Below, one piece after another: positions 50,380 to 61,350 of a stretch of DNA of 64,000 nt. The notes under the pieces were generated by a model. That model saw only the letters and a list, made by a program, of their open reading frames with translations, had not been told where the DNA came from and did no database searches. This DNA is from an uncultured Verrucomicrobiae bacterium. GTDB lineage: Bacteria; Verrucomicrobiota; Verrucomicrobiia; Limisphaerales; Palsa-1400. Made by a program: the position numbers and the translations under genes. The DNA lies in NCBI GenBank assembly GCA_963707025.1, contig CAVPOM010000018.1:688681-752680 (forward strand). The letters are read 5' to 3'. Position 1 is the stretch's first letter; each line of letters opens with the position of its first letter.

Positions 50380-51435
50380 TCAACAGATTCTGGGCAACTG
50401 CTCGCCGCTGGCCATGTCGAGAATGCGGCTGGCGCCGATGGCGCTTTGCAAAACCACCAGCGGCGGGTGGCCCTCTTCGACCGCGCCAATCCTTCCGGCG
50501 CCGGCGCCGCCTTCGTGCTGCCGCATAATGAGCAAAGCCCGGTCCGCGTCGCTGGCTGGAACGAAGGCCACGAAGCGTCCCTCACACGCCACCTGCAACG
50601 GGTCCAGCCCGAGCAGTTCGCAGGCGGCATGAACGTCCTCCCGCACGGGCACGGATTTCTCGTCAATCATAATTCTCCGCCGCGCGGCCTGCGCGATTTC
50701 GTGCAGCGCGCTGGCCAGGCCGCCCCGAGTCAAGTCCCGCAGGCAATGGATTTCCACGCCGGCGGCCAGGAGTTGCCGCACCAGATCGGACACCGGCGCG
50801 GAATCGCTTTCAATCCTGCCCTGGAACTCCAGGCCTTCGCGCACGCTCATGATGGCCAGGCCATGGCGGCCCAAATCGCCGCTGAGCAGCACCGCGTCGC
50901 CCGTCCGCACGCTGCCCGGCGCGATCGTCAGAGCATGTTCAATGACGCCAATGCCCGCCGTGTTGATGAACAGGCCGTCGCCCTTGCCCTGATCCACCAC
51001 CTTGGTGTCGCCGGTGACGATGCGCACGCCGCTACGCTCCGCCGCGTCGCGCATCGAACCGACCACGCGGCACAGCGTTTCCATGGCCAGCCCTTCTTCG
51101 AGGATGAAAGCCGCGCTGAGCCAGAGGGGCCGCGCGCCGCTCATGGCCAGGTCGTTGACGGTGCCGTGGACGGCCATCGAGCCAATGTCGCCGCCCGGAA
51201 AGAGCAGCGGCCGGACCACGTAGGAATCGGTGGTGAAGGCCAGCCGCCCGGCCGGGAAGGGCAGCACCGCGGAGTCGTGGCGGCCTTCCGCGGGCACCCC
51301 GCCGAAAGCGGCAAAGAACACCTTCTCCAGCAGTTCATGCATCAATTTGCCGCCGCCGCCGTGGGCCAGGAGAACGCGCGGATACTGGCCGATGGGGATC
51401 GGGCAGGCAGGAGTCAATTCCGTTCCGGGCTTCAT
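50380..51435 (-). CDS. hypE: Hydrogenase maturation protein HypE
   Basis: [29 protein letters not shown]-terminal PRIC. Confidence 0.95.
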   Translation of the reverse strand: MKPGTELTPACPIPIGQYPRVLLAHGGGGKLMHELLEKVFFAAFGGVPAEGRHDSAVLPFPAGRLAFTTDSYVVRPLLFPGGDIGSMAVHGTVNDLAMSGARPLWLSAAFILEEGLAMETLCRVVGSMRDAAERSGVRIVTGDTKVVDQGKGDGLFINTAGIGVIEHALTIAPGSVRTGDAVLLSGDLGRHGLAIMSVREGLEFQGRIESDSAPVSDLVRQLLAAGVEIHCLRDLTRGGLASALHEIAQAARRRIMIDEKSVPVREDVHAACELLGLDPLQVACEGRFVAFVPASDADRALLIMRQHEGGAGAGRIGAVEEGHPPLVVLQSAIGASRILDMASGEQLPRIC

Positions 51436-51438
51436 GGT

Positions 51439-52547
51439 TTAGCGCGCCGGTTCGGCGGCCAGGGCGCGGTTGCGATAACGGTAATAAGCCGCGCACGCGC
51501 CCTCGGAGGAAACCATGGGCGCGCCAAGTGGATGCTCGGGGGTGCAACCCTGGCCGAAGGCCGGACACTCGGCCGGTTTGATCCGCCCCTGCAACACCAG
51601 CCCGCTCAGGCATTCGGGCGGCTCGGCGGTGTGGTGGTCGGCCAGCCCAAACTTTTTCTCGGCGTCCCATGCTTCATATTGACTCCTCAAGGCAAGCCCG
51701 CTGGCGGGGATTTCGCCCAGCCCGCGCCATTTGCGCGGCACGACTTGAAACACCTGGCGGATCAGGGCGCGGGCGTGTTCGTTCCCCCCGGGCGCACGAC
51801 GCGGACATACTGGTTCTCCACGGCGGCCCGCCCTTGCTCCAGTTGCCGCACGCACATCAACACCCCCTGCAGAATGTCCAGCGGCTCGAAACCCGTCACC
51901 ACAATCGGCACCTTGTATTTGGCCGCGATCGGCTCGTACTCGGCGCAGCCCATCACGGTGCAGACGTGGCCGGCCGCCAGGAAGCCCCGCACCCGGCACT
52001 CGGGCGAGGCCAGCAGCGCTTCCATGGCCGGCGGCGCCAGCACATGCGCGGTCAGCAGTGAAAAATTCTTGACACCCTGCTCGGCCGCCTGGTGCGCCGC
52101 CATCGCCGTGGCGGGCGCCGTCGTCTCAAAGCCCACCGCGAAGAACACCACTTCCCGGGAAGGATTTTGCGCGGCGATCTTCAGCGCGTCCAACGGCGAA
52201 TAAACCATGCGCACGTCCCCGCCGCCGGCCTTGGCCGAGAGCAAATCCGAGGCGCTTCCCGGCACGCGCAGCATGTCCCCAAAGGAACAGAGGATCGCGT
52301 CCGGCCGCGCGGCGATCTCGATGGCTTTGTCAATGTATTCGAGCGGGGTGACGCAGACGGGGCAGCCGGGGCCGTGGATCAAGGTGATGAATTTGGGCAG
52401 AAGTTCATCAATCCCGAACTTGACGATGGCATGAGTTTGTCCGCCGCAGACCTCCATGATGGCCCAGGGCCGGGTGGTGAGGCGCGCAATCTGGCGCGCG
52501 TAATCGCGGGCCGTCGCGCCGTCGCGGTATTCGTCCAGGTATTTCAC
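51439..52547 (-). CDS. hypD: Hydrogenase maturation protein HypD (1-bp frameshift in G run at ~51785)
   Basis: [37 protein letters not shown]. Confidence 0.92.
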
Positions 52548-52798
52548 GGGCCGCCTTCCTTCAATTCCAGCAAGTCCTCCATCTGGCGCAGATACTCGAA
52601 GACGGCGTTGGCCTCGCTCTCGTCCACGGTGCTGAGGGCGAAGCCGACATGGACGATGACGTAATCGCCGACTTTGGCCTCGGGCACATAAGCGAGGTTG
52701 ACGTCCTTCTGGATGCCGCCGAAATCCACCTGGCCCGTGCGCGACAGCGCCTCCCCGCCGCTCACGGTGGTGATTCTTCCTGGAATGGCCAGACACAT
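52544..52798 (-). CDS. hypC: Hydrogenase assembly chaperone HypC
   Basis: [18 protein letters not shown]. Confidence 0.95.
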   Translation of the reverse strand: MCLAIPGRITTVSGGEALSRTGQVDFGGIQKDVNLAYVPEAKVGDYVIVHVGFALSTVDESEANAVFEYLRQMEDLLELKEGGP

Positions 52799-52888
52799 TG
52801 TAGAACATTCTACGGCCTGGACGGGCGATGGGCAAGGCTTGGTCGCGGCGCCAATCTCCGCCGCCTCGCCTGATTTTTCGGGGGTGCC

Positions 52889-53350
52889 TTAATTTGAATT
52901 TTGTGTGGGTGGTTTTGATTGGATTTGGGTCGGCATATCGGAAAACGACACAAGGTGCGCCTGCCGGAGTTCGGCCTCGCCGATGATTCGCACTTTGCGG
53001 TCGGCATATATGCCAAACAGTGCATAGTCCGGCACACGAGCGCAAAGTATGAGCGCCTGACCACCTACAGGCGGCTCCGAAGCATTGTAGAGGAGATCAC
53101 GATAGCCAAAGATCGAAGTAGTGTTGAACTGCCTCATCACCGCTTCATCCTTCAAAGCGTCTTGAACCCCTTGCACTGATGGAAACCGCCCGTCCCTTTG
53201 AAGCTTTTCCAGTTGACTCAGCGCAACGTCAAGTTGGCCCTTGATGGCGTTTTGCACAGCCTTCCCTTCATTTCTGCTCTGCCACAATGAAAGCGCCATT
53301 GTGGCGATCAATATTGCAATGACTGGGCAAGTTATCTGCCACTTATTCAT
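52889..53350 (-). CDS. Hypothetical protein with N-terminal TM/signal segment
   Basis: Lower-GC open frame between hypF and hypC. Confidence 0.6.
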   Translation of the reverse strand: MNKWQITCPVIAILIATMALSLWQSRNEGKAVQNAIKGQLDVALSQLEKLQRDGRFPSVQGVQDALKDEAVMRQFNTTSIFGYRDLLYNASEPPVGGQALILCARVPDYALFGIYADRKVRIIGEAELRQAHLVSFSDMPTQIQSKPPTQNSN

Positions 53351-53439
53351 TTCTTCCACCTCGCTTGCGCCGCAAGCCTATTGTGGTTGGGAAAAACCCA
53401 AAAATCATAGCCTCACCGATTCCAGATTTCATTTCTGCT

Positions 53440-53670
53440 TTAGGGGTGCCCCACGCGGACGCCTATCCACGCCGCGCGTTCGAGCCGCTGGAAGGCTTTC
53501 TTGCGACTGATCATGGGAGATTTTTCGCCGAGTTGAATGGCGCGAAGGATGGCCAAGTCCTCCAGGCTCTCGCGCAGGGCATCGCGCAGCAAATCCTGGC
53601 GTTCTGCCAAAACTTCGGCCAGAGCGGTTTTAAGGAGTCCTTTCAAGCGGCGTTCTTCAACGGCGGTCAT
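53440..53670 (-). CDS. Small antitoxin-like hypothetical protein
   Basis: LKTALAEVLAERQDLL...EDLAILRAIQLGE pattern; starts 9 bp after the hypF stop. Confidence 0.55.
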   Translation of the reverse strand: MTAVEERRLKGLLKTALAEVLAERQDLLRDALRESLEDLAILRAIQLGEKSPMISRKKAFQRLERAAWIGVRVGHP

Positions 53671-53679
53671 GACACCGAT

Positions 53680-56256
53680 CTAAGGAGAAAACACGTGCAA
53701 GTCAACAGAAAGACCCAGGAGGGTGGCAACGATTTGTCCCAAGGCGATCCCGCCGTCATTCGGCGGAATGCGCTGAGGCCAATAGGGCCGGAAACCTTCC
53801 TGTGCCAGGCGGGCATGCGTCCTTTCGGTCAGATACCGGTTCTGGAAGCAGCCGCCGGACAGCGCCACCTGCGAGTGTCCGGTCCGCTTCGCCACGGCGA
53901 CGATGACCTCGGCCAGCGTGTTGTGGAATTTCGCGGAAATCAATCCCACGGGAAGTCCGCGCTTGATGTCAAGCAAAATGTCCTTCAGCATGGGACCCCA
54001 GTCCGCGACCAGCATAGGCTCGCCACGCATTGCCTCAGCAAGGGGTGGGCCGGGAAAGGCAGGGTGGGCCCTCCGCTGCCCGCCGTCGGGCATTGGCGGA
54101 GGAATGAACGTCGGACTGCCGTCGTGCGGCGGGCAGGGGACTGCCCGCCCTACCAGCCATGACTGACGCATTTGCGCGCCCCCCGTCTGGTCCTGGCCGG
54201 CGATGTCAAATGAATAGGCTTCATCGGTCTTGATGCGGCCAATGGCAAACTCCAGTTCCATCGCCGCCTGCCCCTCAAACCGGGCGATCTGCCGCAGGCC
54301 GAGCAAGGCGGCCACGCCGTCGAACAACCGCCCCGCGCTGGAGGTGAGCGGGGAGTTGAGGCCGCTTTTCAACATGGTGGTCAATGCGGCCGGCGAGGGC
54401 GCCGACCGCGACACGCGAGGGCGCGTGTGCTCCCCGGACGAGTGCTCCGGCGAGAAATTGGGACAGGGCGCGGCAAAGGACTTCAGGGGCGGCAGCTCGC
54501 CCGCGGCGAGCGCGCTTTCGCCAAACACTTCGTAAAGCATCCCCAGGGCGGCCCGGCGCGGCTCCTTGACGGCCTGCTCGCCGCCGGCCAGGCGGAAGGG
54601 CCGGAGATGCGCCACGCGCCGGCACCCGGTTTCAGTCAACAAGAAAAATTCCCCGCCCCAGACCGTTCCGTCCTGGCCATGGCCCGTGCCGTCCCAGGCA
54701 ACCCCCAGCAGCGGCGGCGCCAGTTCGTTCTCGGCGGCGCACGCCAGGACATGGGCGATGTGATGCTGCACCGAAATGCTCCGCGCGCCCGGCTTCCGGG
54801 CGGCAAGGGTCGTGGCGAATTGGGTCGAAAGGTAGCCGGGATGGCCGTCATGGGCTATCCGCCCTGGTTCGGCTTCATAGAGGCGCTCAAAATCGGCGAT
54901 GACGCGAAGATAAGCCTCGTAAGACTCCAGCGTTTCCAAGTCGCCGATGTGCTGGCTGACAAACACCTGCGGCCCGATGGCCAGCGCCACCGTGCTTTTC
55001 AAATGTCCTCCCACCGCCAAAACCGGCGAGGCGGGGTCCAGGGCGGTGGCCGGCCTTCCGTCCGTCAAGCGCAGGGGCAGGGGCGCATAGCCGCGCGCCC
55101 GGCGCAAGACCTGCTCGCTTCCCAGCACCACGCGCACCACCGAATCATCCACATGCCGGACAATCGGCCGGTTATGCACCAGGAAGACGTCGGCGACATG
55201 GTGGAGCCTTTGCAGGGCCTCGCCTTCCTCGATGCAAATGGGTTCGTCGCTCAGATTGCCGCTGGTCGCCACCACTGGAAAGTTCAGTTCGGCCATCAGC
55301 AAATGGTGCAGCGGGGAATAGGGAAGCATCACACCCAGGTTCGGATTGCCCGGCGCGACCGAAGGCGCCAGCGCCGCCAGCCTTTGCAGCAGGACGATGG
55401 GAGATTCGGGCGAGACCAGCAGGCGCGCTTCCGTGTGCTCGACGCGACAATCGGCACGGACCGCTTGCAACGACGGATACATCACGGCCAGAGGTTTCTC
55501 TTCGCGCTGCTTGCGTTGGCGCAGGCGCCGCACCGCGTCTTCGCGGCGCGCATCCACCAGCAACTGGAAGCCGCCGATGCCCTTGAGCGCCAGAATTTTT
55601 CCATCGCGGACGGTTTTCGCCGCCTGCAACAGGGCTGGGTGATGCGTGGCGAGCACGGCCCCCCCGGCGTCCCACAATTCCAGATGCGGACCGCACTGCG
55701 GACAGGCATTGGGCTGGGCGTGGAAGCGGCGGTTCTCCGGGTCGCGGTATTCCTGCGCGCATTGCGGGCAGAGGGCGAAGCCTTTCATGGAGGTGTTGGG
55801 GCGATCGTATGGGAGCGACTCGACAATGGAGAAGCGCGGCCCGCAATGGGTGCAATTGGTGAAGGGATACAGATGCCGGCGATTGCCCGGATCAAAAATC
55901 TCACGCCGGCATTCCGGACAGGTGGCCAGGTCCGGCATGATGATGGCCGTCTTGCCGCCGCCGCTTGCGCTGGGCCGGATTTCAAAATCGGCCAGGCCCG
56001 TCGCGTCCAGCCACCAGGATTCCAGGCTCTGGATGAAACTGGGCGGCGGCTTGTCCGTCTCGAGGCGCGCGAGAAATTGCTCCAGGCTGGCGCGCGGCCC
56101 TTCCGCTTCAATGAAAACTCCCTGGCCGGAATTATGGACCCACCCGGCCAGGCGGAGTTCCGCCGCCAGGCGATGGACAAACGGGCGGAAGCCGACCCCT
56201 TGGACGGCGCCACGCAGGGCAATTTTCAAGCGCGTTGTTTGGGCACTCCCACTCAT
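53680..56256 (-). CDS. hypF: Carbamoyltransferase HypF with two in-frame palindrome-derived insertions
   Basis: GAVQGVGFRPF acylphosphatase domain, two zinc fingers, HHIAH, DGTG.G.DG..WGGE, PPNDGGIALGQ. Confidence 0.95.
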   Translation of the reverse strand: MSGSAQTTRLKIALRGAVQGVGFRPFVHRLAAELRLAGWVHNSGQGVFIEAEGPRASLEQFLARLETDKPPPSFIQSLESWWLDATGLADFEIRPSASGGGKTAIIMPDLATCPECRREIFDPGNRRHLYPFTNCTHCGPRFSIVESLPYDRPNTSMKGFALCPQCAQEYRDPENRRFHAQPNACPQCGPHLELWDAGGAVLATHHPALLQAAKTVRDGKILALKGIGGFQLLVDARREDAVRRLRQRKQREEKPLAVMYPSLQAVRADCRVEHTEARLLVSPESPIVLLQRLAALAPSVAPGNPNLGVMLPYSPLHHLLMAELNFPVVATSGNLSDEPICIEEGEALQRLHHVADVFLVHNRPIVRHVDDSVVRVVLGSEQVLRRARGYAPLPLRLTDGRPATALDPASPVLAVGGHLKSTVALAIGPQVFVSQHIGDLETLESYEAYLRVIADFERLYEAEPGRIAHDGHPGYLSTQFATTLAARKPGARSISVQHHIAHVLACAAENELAPPLLGVAWDGTGHGQDGTVWGGEFFLLTETGCRRVAHLRPFRLAGGEQAVKEPRRAALGMLYEVFGESALAAGELPPLKSFAAPCPNFSPEHSSGEHTRPRVSRSAPSPAALTTMLKSGLNSPLTSSAGRLFDGVAALLGLRQIARFEGQAAMELEFAIGRIKTDEAYSFDIAGQDQTGGAQMRQSWLVGRAVPCPPHDGSPTFIPPPMPDGGQRRAHPAFPGPPLAEAMRGEPMLVADWGPMLKDILLDIKRGLPVGLISAKFHNTLAEVIVAVAKRTGHSQVALSGGCFQNRYLTERTHARLAQEGFRPYWPQRIPPNDGGIALGQIVATLLGLSVDLHVFSP

Positions 56257-56403
56257 TAGAACCGGAATTATGTGAGAATTGAGGGTAGTTTTGGTCCGCG
56301 AAACACTAAATCCCTAGTAAAACAGTAGAGTAATGAATGTATGGAATGACAGGGCGATGGGGGTGGTCAAGGTTGAAAAAACGGTTTGACCCGGTTTGAC
56401 CCG

Positions 56404-58361
56404 GTAGAGTAGGCGAAGTGGAAGGAGGCGGATTGAACTGACCGCAGTTGTCAGTCTCGCGCTGCCACTTCGCCCCTCATCGAACCGAACGGACGGATTT
56501 CCCATATTCGGCTCTCCGAACTCATTCATCGGGCCGCCTTCCACTTCGCCGTGGTCGGCAGTTCATAGAGTCCATAACGCTGGTGCAACTGCTCGGGAAC
56601 GTAGTGTTCCCACAGGCTGCGGCGGCAACCGTGTTTGCGCCACAGCCAGCGCCGAAAGCGGTTTTGGCTGTAGTGTTTCATCCGGTTCATCACCGAGACG
56701 CTGTTGCCGTAGTGGAAGTAGCCCGCCCATCCGCGCAAGACTTGGTTGACCTCTTTGACCACCTCCTGTATCGGACGCCCCTGCGTCCAGTGGTTGAGGA
56801 TGCCGCCCAGTTTCTCGCGCAGGGCCCCCGGCTTTTCTGGCTGGGTTGAACGTGCAGGTAGCCGCGCCCTCCAAAGGACTTGCGCCAGGTCAGGTTGAAG
56901 CCCAGGAAGTTGATCCCTTCCTTGCGAATGTTCACAATTCGGGTTTTGACTTCGTTGAGGGTCAGCCCTTTGGCTCGAAGCCATTTCTTGAGCCGCGCTA
57001 TCAGCCCTCCGCCGCACCCCGCCGCGCACGCGATGACAAAGTCATCGGCGTAGCGCACCATGCGGGCTTGGCCGGAGGTTTTCTCGTTCACCCCGTGATC
57101 CAGCGGGTTGAGGTAGAGGTTGGCCAGCAGCGGCGAGATGACCCCGCCTTGCGGCGTGCCGCGCCGGTTGGGGATCACTCGCTTGGTGCCGTCCTGGTCT
57201 TCCTCCGCGACCGGGGCGCGCAGCCAGCTCTTGAGGAGCCGCAGCACGCTGCCGTCGCTGACCCGCCGGGCCACGGCCTTCATCAGTTCCCGGTGCGGAA
57301 TCGTGTCGAAATATTTCGTCAGGTCCGCGTCGATGATTTCCACGTAGCCTTGCTGCACTGCTTGTTGGATTTCCGCAATGGCTTGGTGTGCCCGGCGTTT
57401 GGGCCGAAAGCCGTAGGAGCGCGGATGAAAGTCCGCCTCCAAGATCGGCATCAGCACCAGATACACCGCCGTTTGCACCACCCGGTCCTTGACCGTCGGG
57501 ATGCCCAACGGCCGTTCCCCTCCGCTGCTCTTGGGAATCATCACCCGCCGCACCGGGCTGGCCCGATACGTCTTGGCTTTGAGTTCTGCTTGCAGGCGGT
57601 CGAGCCATTGCTGGCGCAGGGCCGGGTCGGCGGTGATGGACTCCATACTCTGTCCGTCCACTCCCGCGGCCCCGCCGTTGCGCTGTTGCGCTGCCAAGGC
57701 GGTTTCGAGCACGTCCTTGCGCAGCAATTCCCCATACAGGCTCCAGAACCGATACTTCGGCTCTGCTTTGGCTTTCCGATAGAGCGCGATTTGAAGCTGC
57801 CGAACTTTCTCCGGGGTTGCTATCCGGGTCGCCCCGGCCATCCCCGCATCCTTCGCTTCGCCTCCACGCATTGAGCAAGTGTTCCCCCTTTGCGTTCGCT
57901 CGCGCAACTCCCGGCGGAAATCCGCCTGGAGCGCAAACAAGTCCACGCTACTATGAGGAACTCCGACTTCTCCGGCAGGGCCGCTCGCCTGACTGGTCTT
58001 GCCAGCTTGCGCGGGCGGTTGGGCTGGCCGCCCGCCGCCGGAGTTCTCCCAGCTTACCTTGGTTGAACTTCCAGACGTGCCGTCCACGCCGACCCCGCCG
58101 GAGCGTTGAGAAGGCTCTGACTGTTGCCCTGCCTCCTCCCTGCGGCCTTCGCCGGTCAAACAGCGGCTCGGCTTGTCTCCGGTTCTAAACTTATCGAGGC
58201 TCATTGGATGTGGTTCATTTTCATTACGGCCCGTCTGTTCATCTCCCTCAGCTTCCAACCCCGCCTCGCGGCGGCGCTGTTGAGGTCGTGTTCCGTCGTG
58301 AACAGCCTAATTCGACGGGCGGGACTTTCACCCGCGTTCCAACCAACTTCACTGGCGCAAC
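56404..58361 (-). mobile_element. Group II intron (5' boundary +/-1 nt)
   Basis: 5' (G)TTGCG; domain V GAGCCGAATATGGGAAATCCGTCCGTTCGGTTC at 56514-56482; domain VI ending CTACTCTAC; internal RT ORF. Confidence 0.9.
56526..57841 (-). CDS. ltrA: Group II intron reverse transcriptase/maturase without endonuclease domain (1-bp frameshift in G run at ~56827)
   Basis: GAAGVDG, RPLGIPTVKDR, GTPQGGVISPLLAN, RYADD, FLGF; maturase LRGWAGYF in the shifted frame. Confidence 0.92.
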
Positions 58362-58525
58362 GTTTGACCTGGTTTGACCTGGAAGGCTGGTTTTGGTGTG
58401 TAAGCTACTCATGGAAAGGCACTTGGGTTGATGCACCGCAAAATGGCCCAAAACGCGCGGGAAAAGGCACTGCCGCAAGGCAGGAATCATAAAGTCCACC
58501 GATTTGGTAGAGTATTGTATGATTC

Positions 58526-58563
58526 TGGAGTGATGGAGTGATGGGGTGATGGAGTGGTGGAGA
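58526..58563. repeat. 8-bp tandem repeat (TGGAGTGA)n
   Basis: TGGAGTGA TGGAGTGA TGGGGTGA TGGAGTGG TGGAG. Confidence 0.7.
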
Positions 58564-58903
58564 GATGGCGGCGGGGCGGCCAGCCGCCGTTGCGTTTTGC
58601 CCGCCATTTGCGCGATCCGTCATCACTGAGGGTATAGTAGTGGTTAAGTCAGAAGTTGTCAACGGATAGTTTCGGGATTCCGGCAGCGCGGATGAATGGG
58701 TTGTTTGACCTCCTCCCGGGGGAGCGGGTGGCGCGCAACACCGGGCTGAATGATTCCATCCCGTTGAGATAAAACAATCCCTGGCTTGCTGCGGCCGGGG
58801 ACGGCCGCACTCCGCCGGCAGCAGTGTCAAGAAGCGCCCATGCCGTTGGTGACGAACACTTTCTGATTGCGTCTTCACCAGTTTTTGGGCAATCCGTAGA
58901 TGC

Positions 58904-61171
58904 ATGAAGCTCCGGTCGCAAGCAACAGCAGTTTTATGTCTGCCTTGGGTGGCTTTCTTTGCCGCACTACAGGGGTATGGCCAAGAGGCAACGGAAGCCA
59001 ATGGCGCTGCCGGCTTGCAGGGGATTCCGCTTCCGTGGTACTCCAGCCAGCCCGGCGGGAGGGATAAAGCGGCCGAGGCCGCGCATGGTTCCAATTCTAT
59101 TCCGCAGCCGCAGATGCCCCGCCCGAACTTGCCTCCGACACCGGGCTTTATCGTGAATGCCATTCGGATTGTGGACGGCAATGACAACCCCATTGCCGCA
59201 ACCGCGGGCGTGCCCTTTTGGGTGGAAATAGATTTTGAATACGATAACCCGGTCTGCACCTACTACACCCTGGCCCGCGTCGTCAACGGCTGGACCAGCA
59301 CCGCTCCGCCCATCAACTGGGGCTGCGGTTACAGCGGCCAGACTTTCTGGAACCATATTTGGGGCCCGTGGTTGATGTACAAACCCGGAACTTACCCGAT
59401 TACAGCCACGGTGGATTCAGGCAACGCGGTTACCGGAGCCGGTCAAGCCGGCAAAACGATGACGATCAACCTGGTGGTCGGCGGCTCCATCCTCCCGCAA
59501 TGGGCGCTGGTGGATGTAGAATTCGGACGCAGCAATCTGAGCACGGGCACGGATGTGATCGTTGGAAGCATGGATGACGCGTTTGATTTCCTGCACCCTT
59601 GGTTCACCGGCAATGACTCGCGCGGGCGGCCGCGGCTCATCGCGGCGGTCCAGAACAGCCTGGGCGTTGGGGGCAGCCCAACCAATGCCACCCACTCCAC
59701 GGGCGTCCTGGGCATTGTCCTGGCGCGGGGCGCGAACGAGGGCGACATCACCGGCCTGGCGCCCGATGCGCGTTACGTTAGCGCAGAATTCATCAACCGT
59801 GCCAACGTTGCCGGACTGCCGGAGTTGGATGTTCTCGATGCCGCGAATGTCCTCCTCACCAACGGCGCCGAAGTGATCAATATGCCTTGGTCTTGGTGGA
59901 CCGGTTCGGTCCCCGACAGTGAAAGCGGTGAAGCGCCCATTACCGACCTCATGGCCGATTATCTGGCTTACGCCAGCAATATGGTCTGTGTGGCCTACGT
60001 CAACGAGCTGAAATTTCCCACCATTCCCACCGCGCCCGGCGCGGCCCGCAATGTCATCACCGTCGGCGGGCTGGACCAGGATCTGGAACAGGCTTGGAGT
60101 TTCGATAACTACGGGCCGACTCTGGATGGCCGGTGCAAACCCGATCTTCTCGGCGACAGCGCCACCAACTGCATCGCCCCATACTGGGACTGGCGTGAGG
60201 GTTTTCCGGACGCCATAGGATTCTGGGGCAACAGTTTTGCCGGGCCTTTTGTCACCGGGGCCGCCGTGCAGATGATTGGCTACGCCAAACAACATGGCCT
60301 GAATCGGGACCATCGCCTGATCAAAGCCCTGATCATGAACTCCGGCGTGACTGCTCTGAACGATGTAGGTTCGCCTTGGTCCAACTCGCAGACTGTGCCG
60401 CTGGATAACCAGCAAGGCACCGGCATTCTGAATCTCCAGCGCGTTTACGCCATGTATTCCGCCGGCCGGCAACCGACGGGTCCCGTGGCCGTCCCCGGCT
60501 TTGATTTCACCCCCATCTTCGGCACCAACGCTCCCGGCGTCAACACCCTCGGCTCCACCAACGGCGTGGTCAGTTACCGGCTCGGCAGTCCGGCCGCCGC
60601 CTCCGCCGACCTGGATGTGACTCTGGCTTGGGACCGGCACACTTTCTGGTCCGACGTGAACGGCAACGGCCGGATTGACGCGGGAGATACTTTCTACGTC
60701 AACAACAATACCGATGCCCAGAACAAACTCGAGCTGGTCCTCTATTGTAACGGAGTGGCCATCGCCCAATCGGTGAGCGCGTTGGACACTATTCAACATC
60801 TGCACTTAACCGGCTTGTCGCCGGGCGCTTACGAATTGAAGGTGGAACGCCACTTTGTTCCCAATTCCGGCGGGAGCGAGCCTTATGGCCTGGCTTGGTA
60901 TTCGAGCGTGCCCTGGACCAATCTGCCCCCGACAGTGGTTTTCCTCGGCGCGGCCCTTGGCGCGGGCAACGTGGCGACCCTTCAATTCCAACTCGTGAGC
61001 GGACAAGCCGGAGATTTTCAACTCCAGAGCACAACGGACCTGACCCCTCCGGTTGTCTGGACCCCGCTGGCCAATGTGCCTTTCACCCAGACCGGCTTGA
61101 ACAACTTTCAGATGCAAACCCCGCCCGGCCCATCCGGCGCTCATTTTTTCCGGCTCAGCGCGATTCCTTAG
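58904..61171 (+). CDS. Secreted S8 subtilisin-like peptidase with accessory beta domains
   Basis: Signal peptide; D (GSMDDA), H (THSTGV), NVITVGG, KPDL, S (GNSFAGP); C-terminal ...FFRL domain. Confidence 0.82.
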   Translation: MKLRSQATAVLCLPWVAFFAALQGYGQEATEANGAAGLQGIPLPWYSSQPGGRDKAAEAAHGSNSIPQPQMPRPNLPPTPGFIVNAIRIVDGNDNPIAATAGVPFWVEIDFEYDNPVCTYYTLARVVNGWTSTAPPINWGCGYSGQTFWNHIWGPWLMYKPGTYPITATVDSGNAVTGAGQAGKTMTINLVVGGSILPQWALVDVEFGRSNLSTGTDVIVGSMDDAFDFLHPWFTGNDSRGRPRLIAAVQNSLGVGGSPTNATHSTGVLGIVLARGANEGDITGLAPDARYVSAEFINRANVAGLPELDVLDAANVLLTNGAEVINMPWSWWTGSVPDSESGEAPITDLMADYLAYASNMVCVAYVNELKFPTIPTAPGAARNVITVGGLDQDLEQAWSFDNYGPTLDGRCKPDLLGDSATNCIAPYWDWREGFPDAIGFWGNSFAGPFVTGAAVQMIGYAKQHGLNRDHRLIKALIMNSGVTALNDVGSPWSNSQTVPLDNQQGTGILNLQRVYAMYSAGRQPTGPVAVPGFDFTPIFGTNAPGVNTLGSTNGVVSYRLGSPAAASADLDVTLAWDRHTFWSDVNGNGRIDAGDTFYVNNNTDAQNKLELVLYCNGVAIAQSVSALDTIQHLHLTGLSPGAYELKVERHFVPNSGGSEPYGLAWYSSVPWTNLPPTVVFLGAALGAGNVATLQFQLVSGQAGDFQLQSTTDLTPPVVWTPLANVPFTQTGLNNFQMQTPPGPSGAHFFRLSAIP

Positions 61172-61189
61172 CCGAATCCATGCAGAAGA

Positions 61190-61350
61190 GAACCGCTGAT
61201 GAACACTGATGGACACGGATTCTCCGGCGCAGAAAAGGGGGCTTCTCCGTGCCCATTTCGGCCACTATTTGGTGGCTCCATCCAGTAGCAGGAAAAAGCT
61301 GATCATTGCCTTGTCTTATCCGTGTTTATCTGTGTTCATCCGTGGTTCCA
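61190..61350. repeat. Inverted element built from 9-bp units
   Basis: GAACCGCTGATGAACACTGATGGACACGGAT ... ATCCGTGTTTATCTGTGTTCATCCGTGGTTC; related half copy at ~37126-37155. Confidence 0.65.

Noticed and set aside
51762..51800. Programmed frameshift or phase variation in hypD
   Set aside because: A G6 run in a window with many apparent indel errors; sequencing error is more parsimonious
56526..57841. Retron or defence-associated RT
   Set aside because: Group II RT0-7 motifs, maturase domain and intron RNA structure explain it
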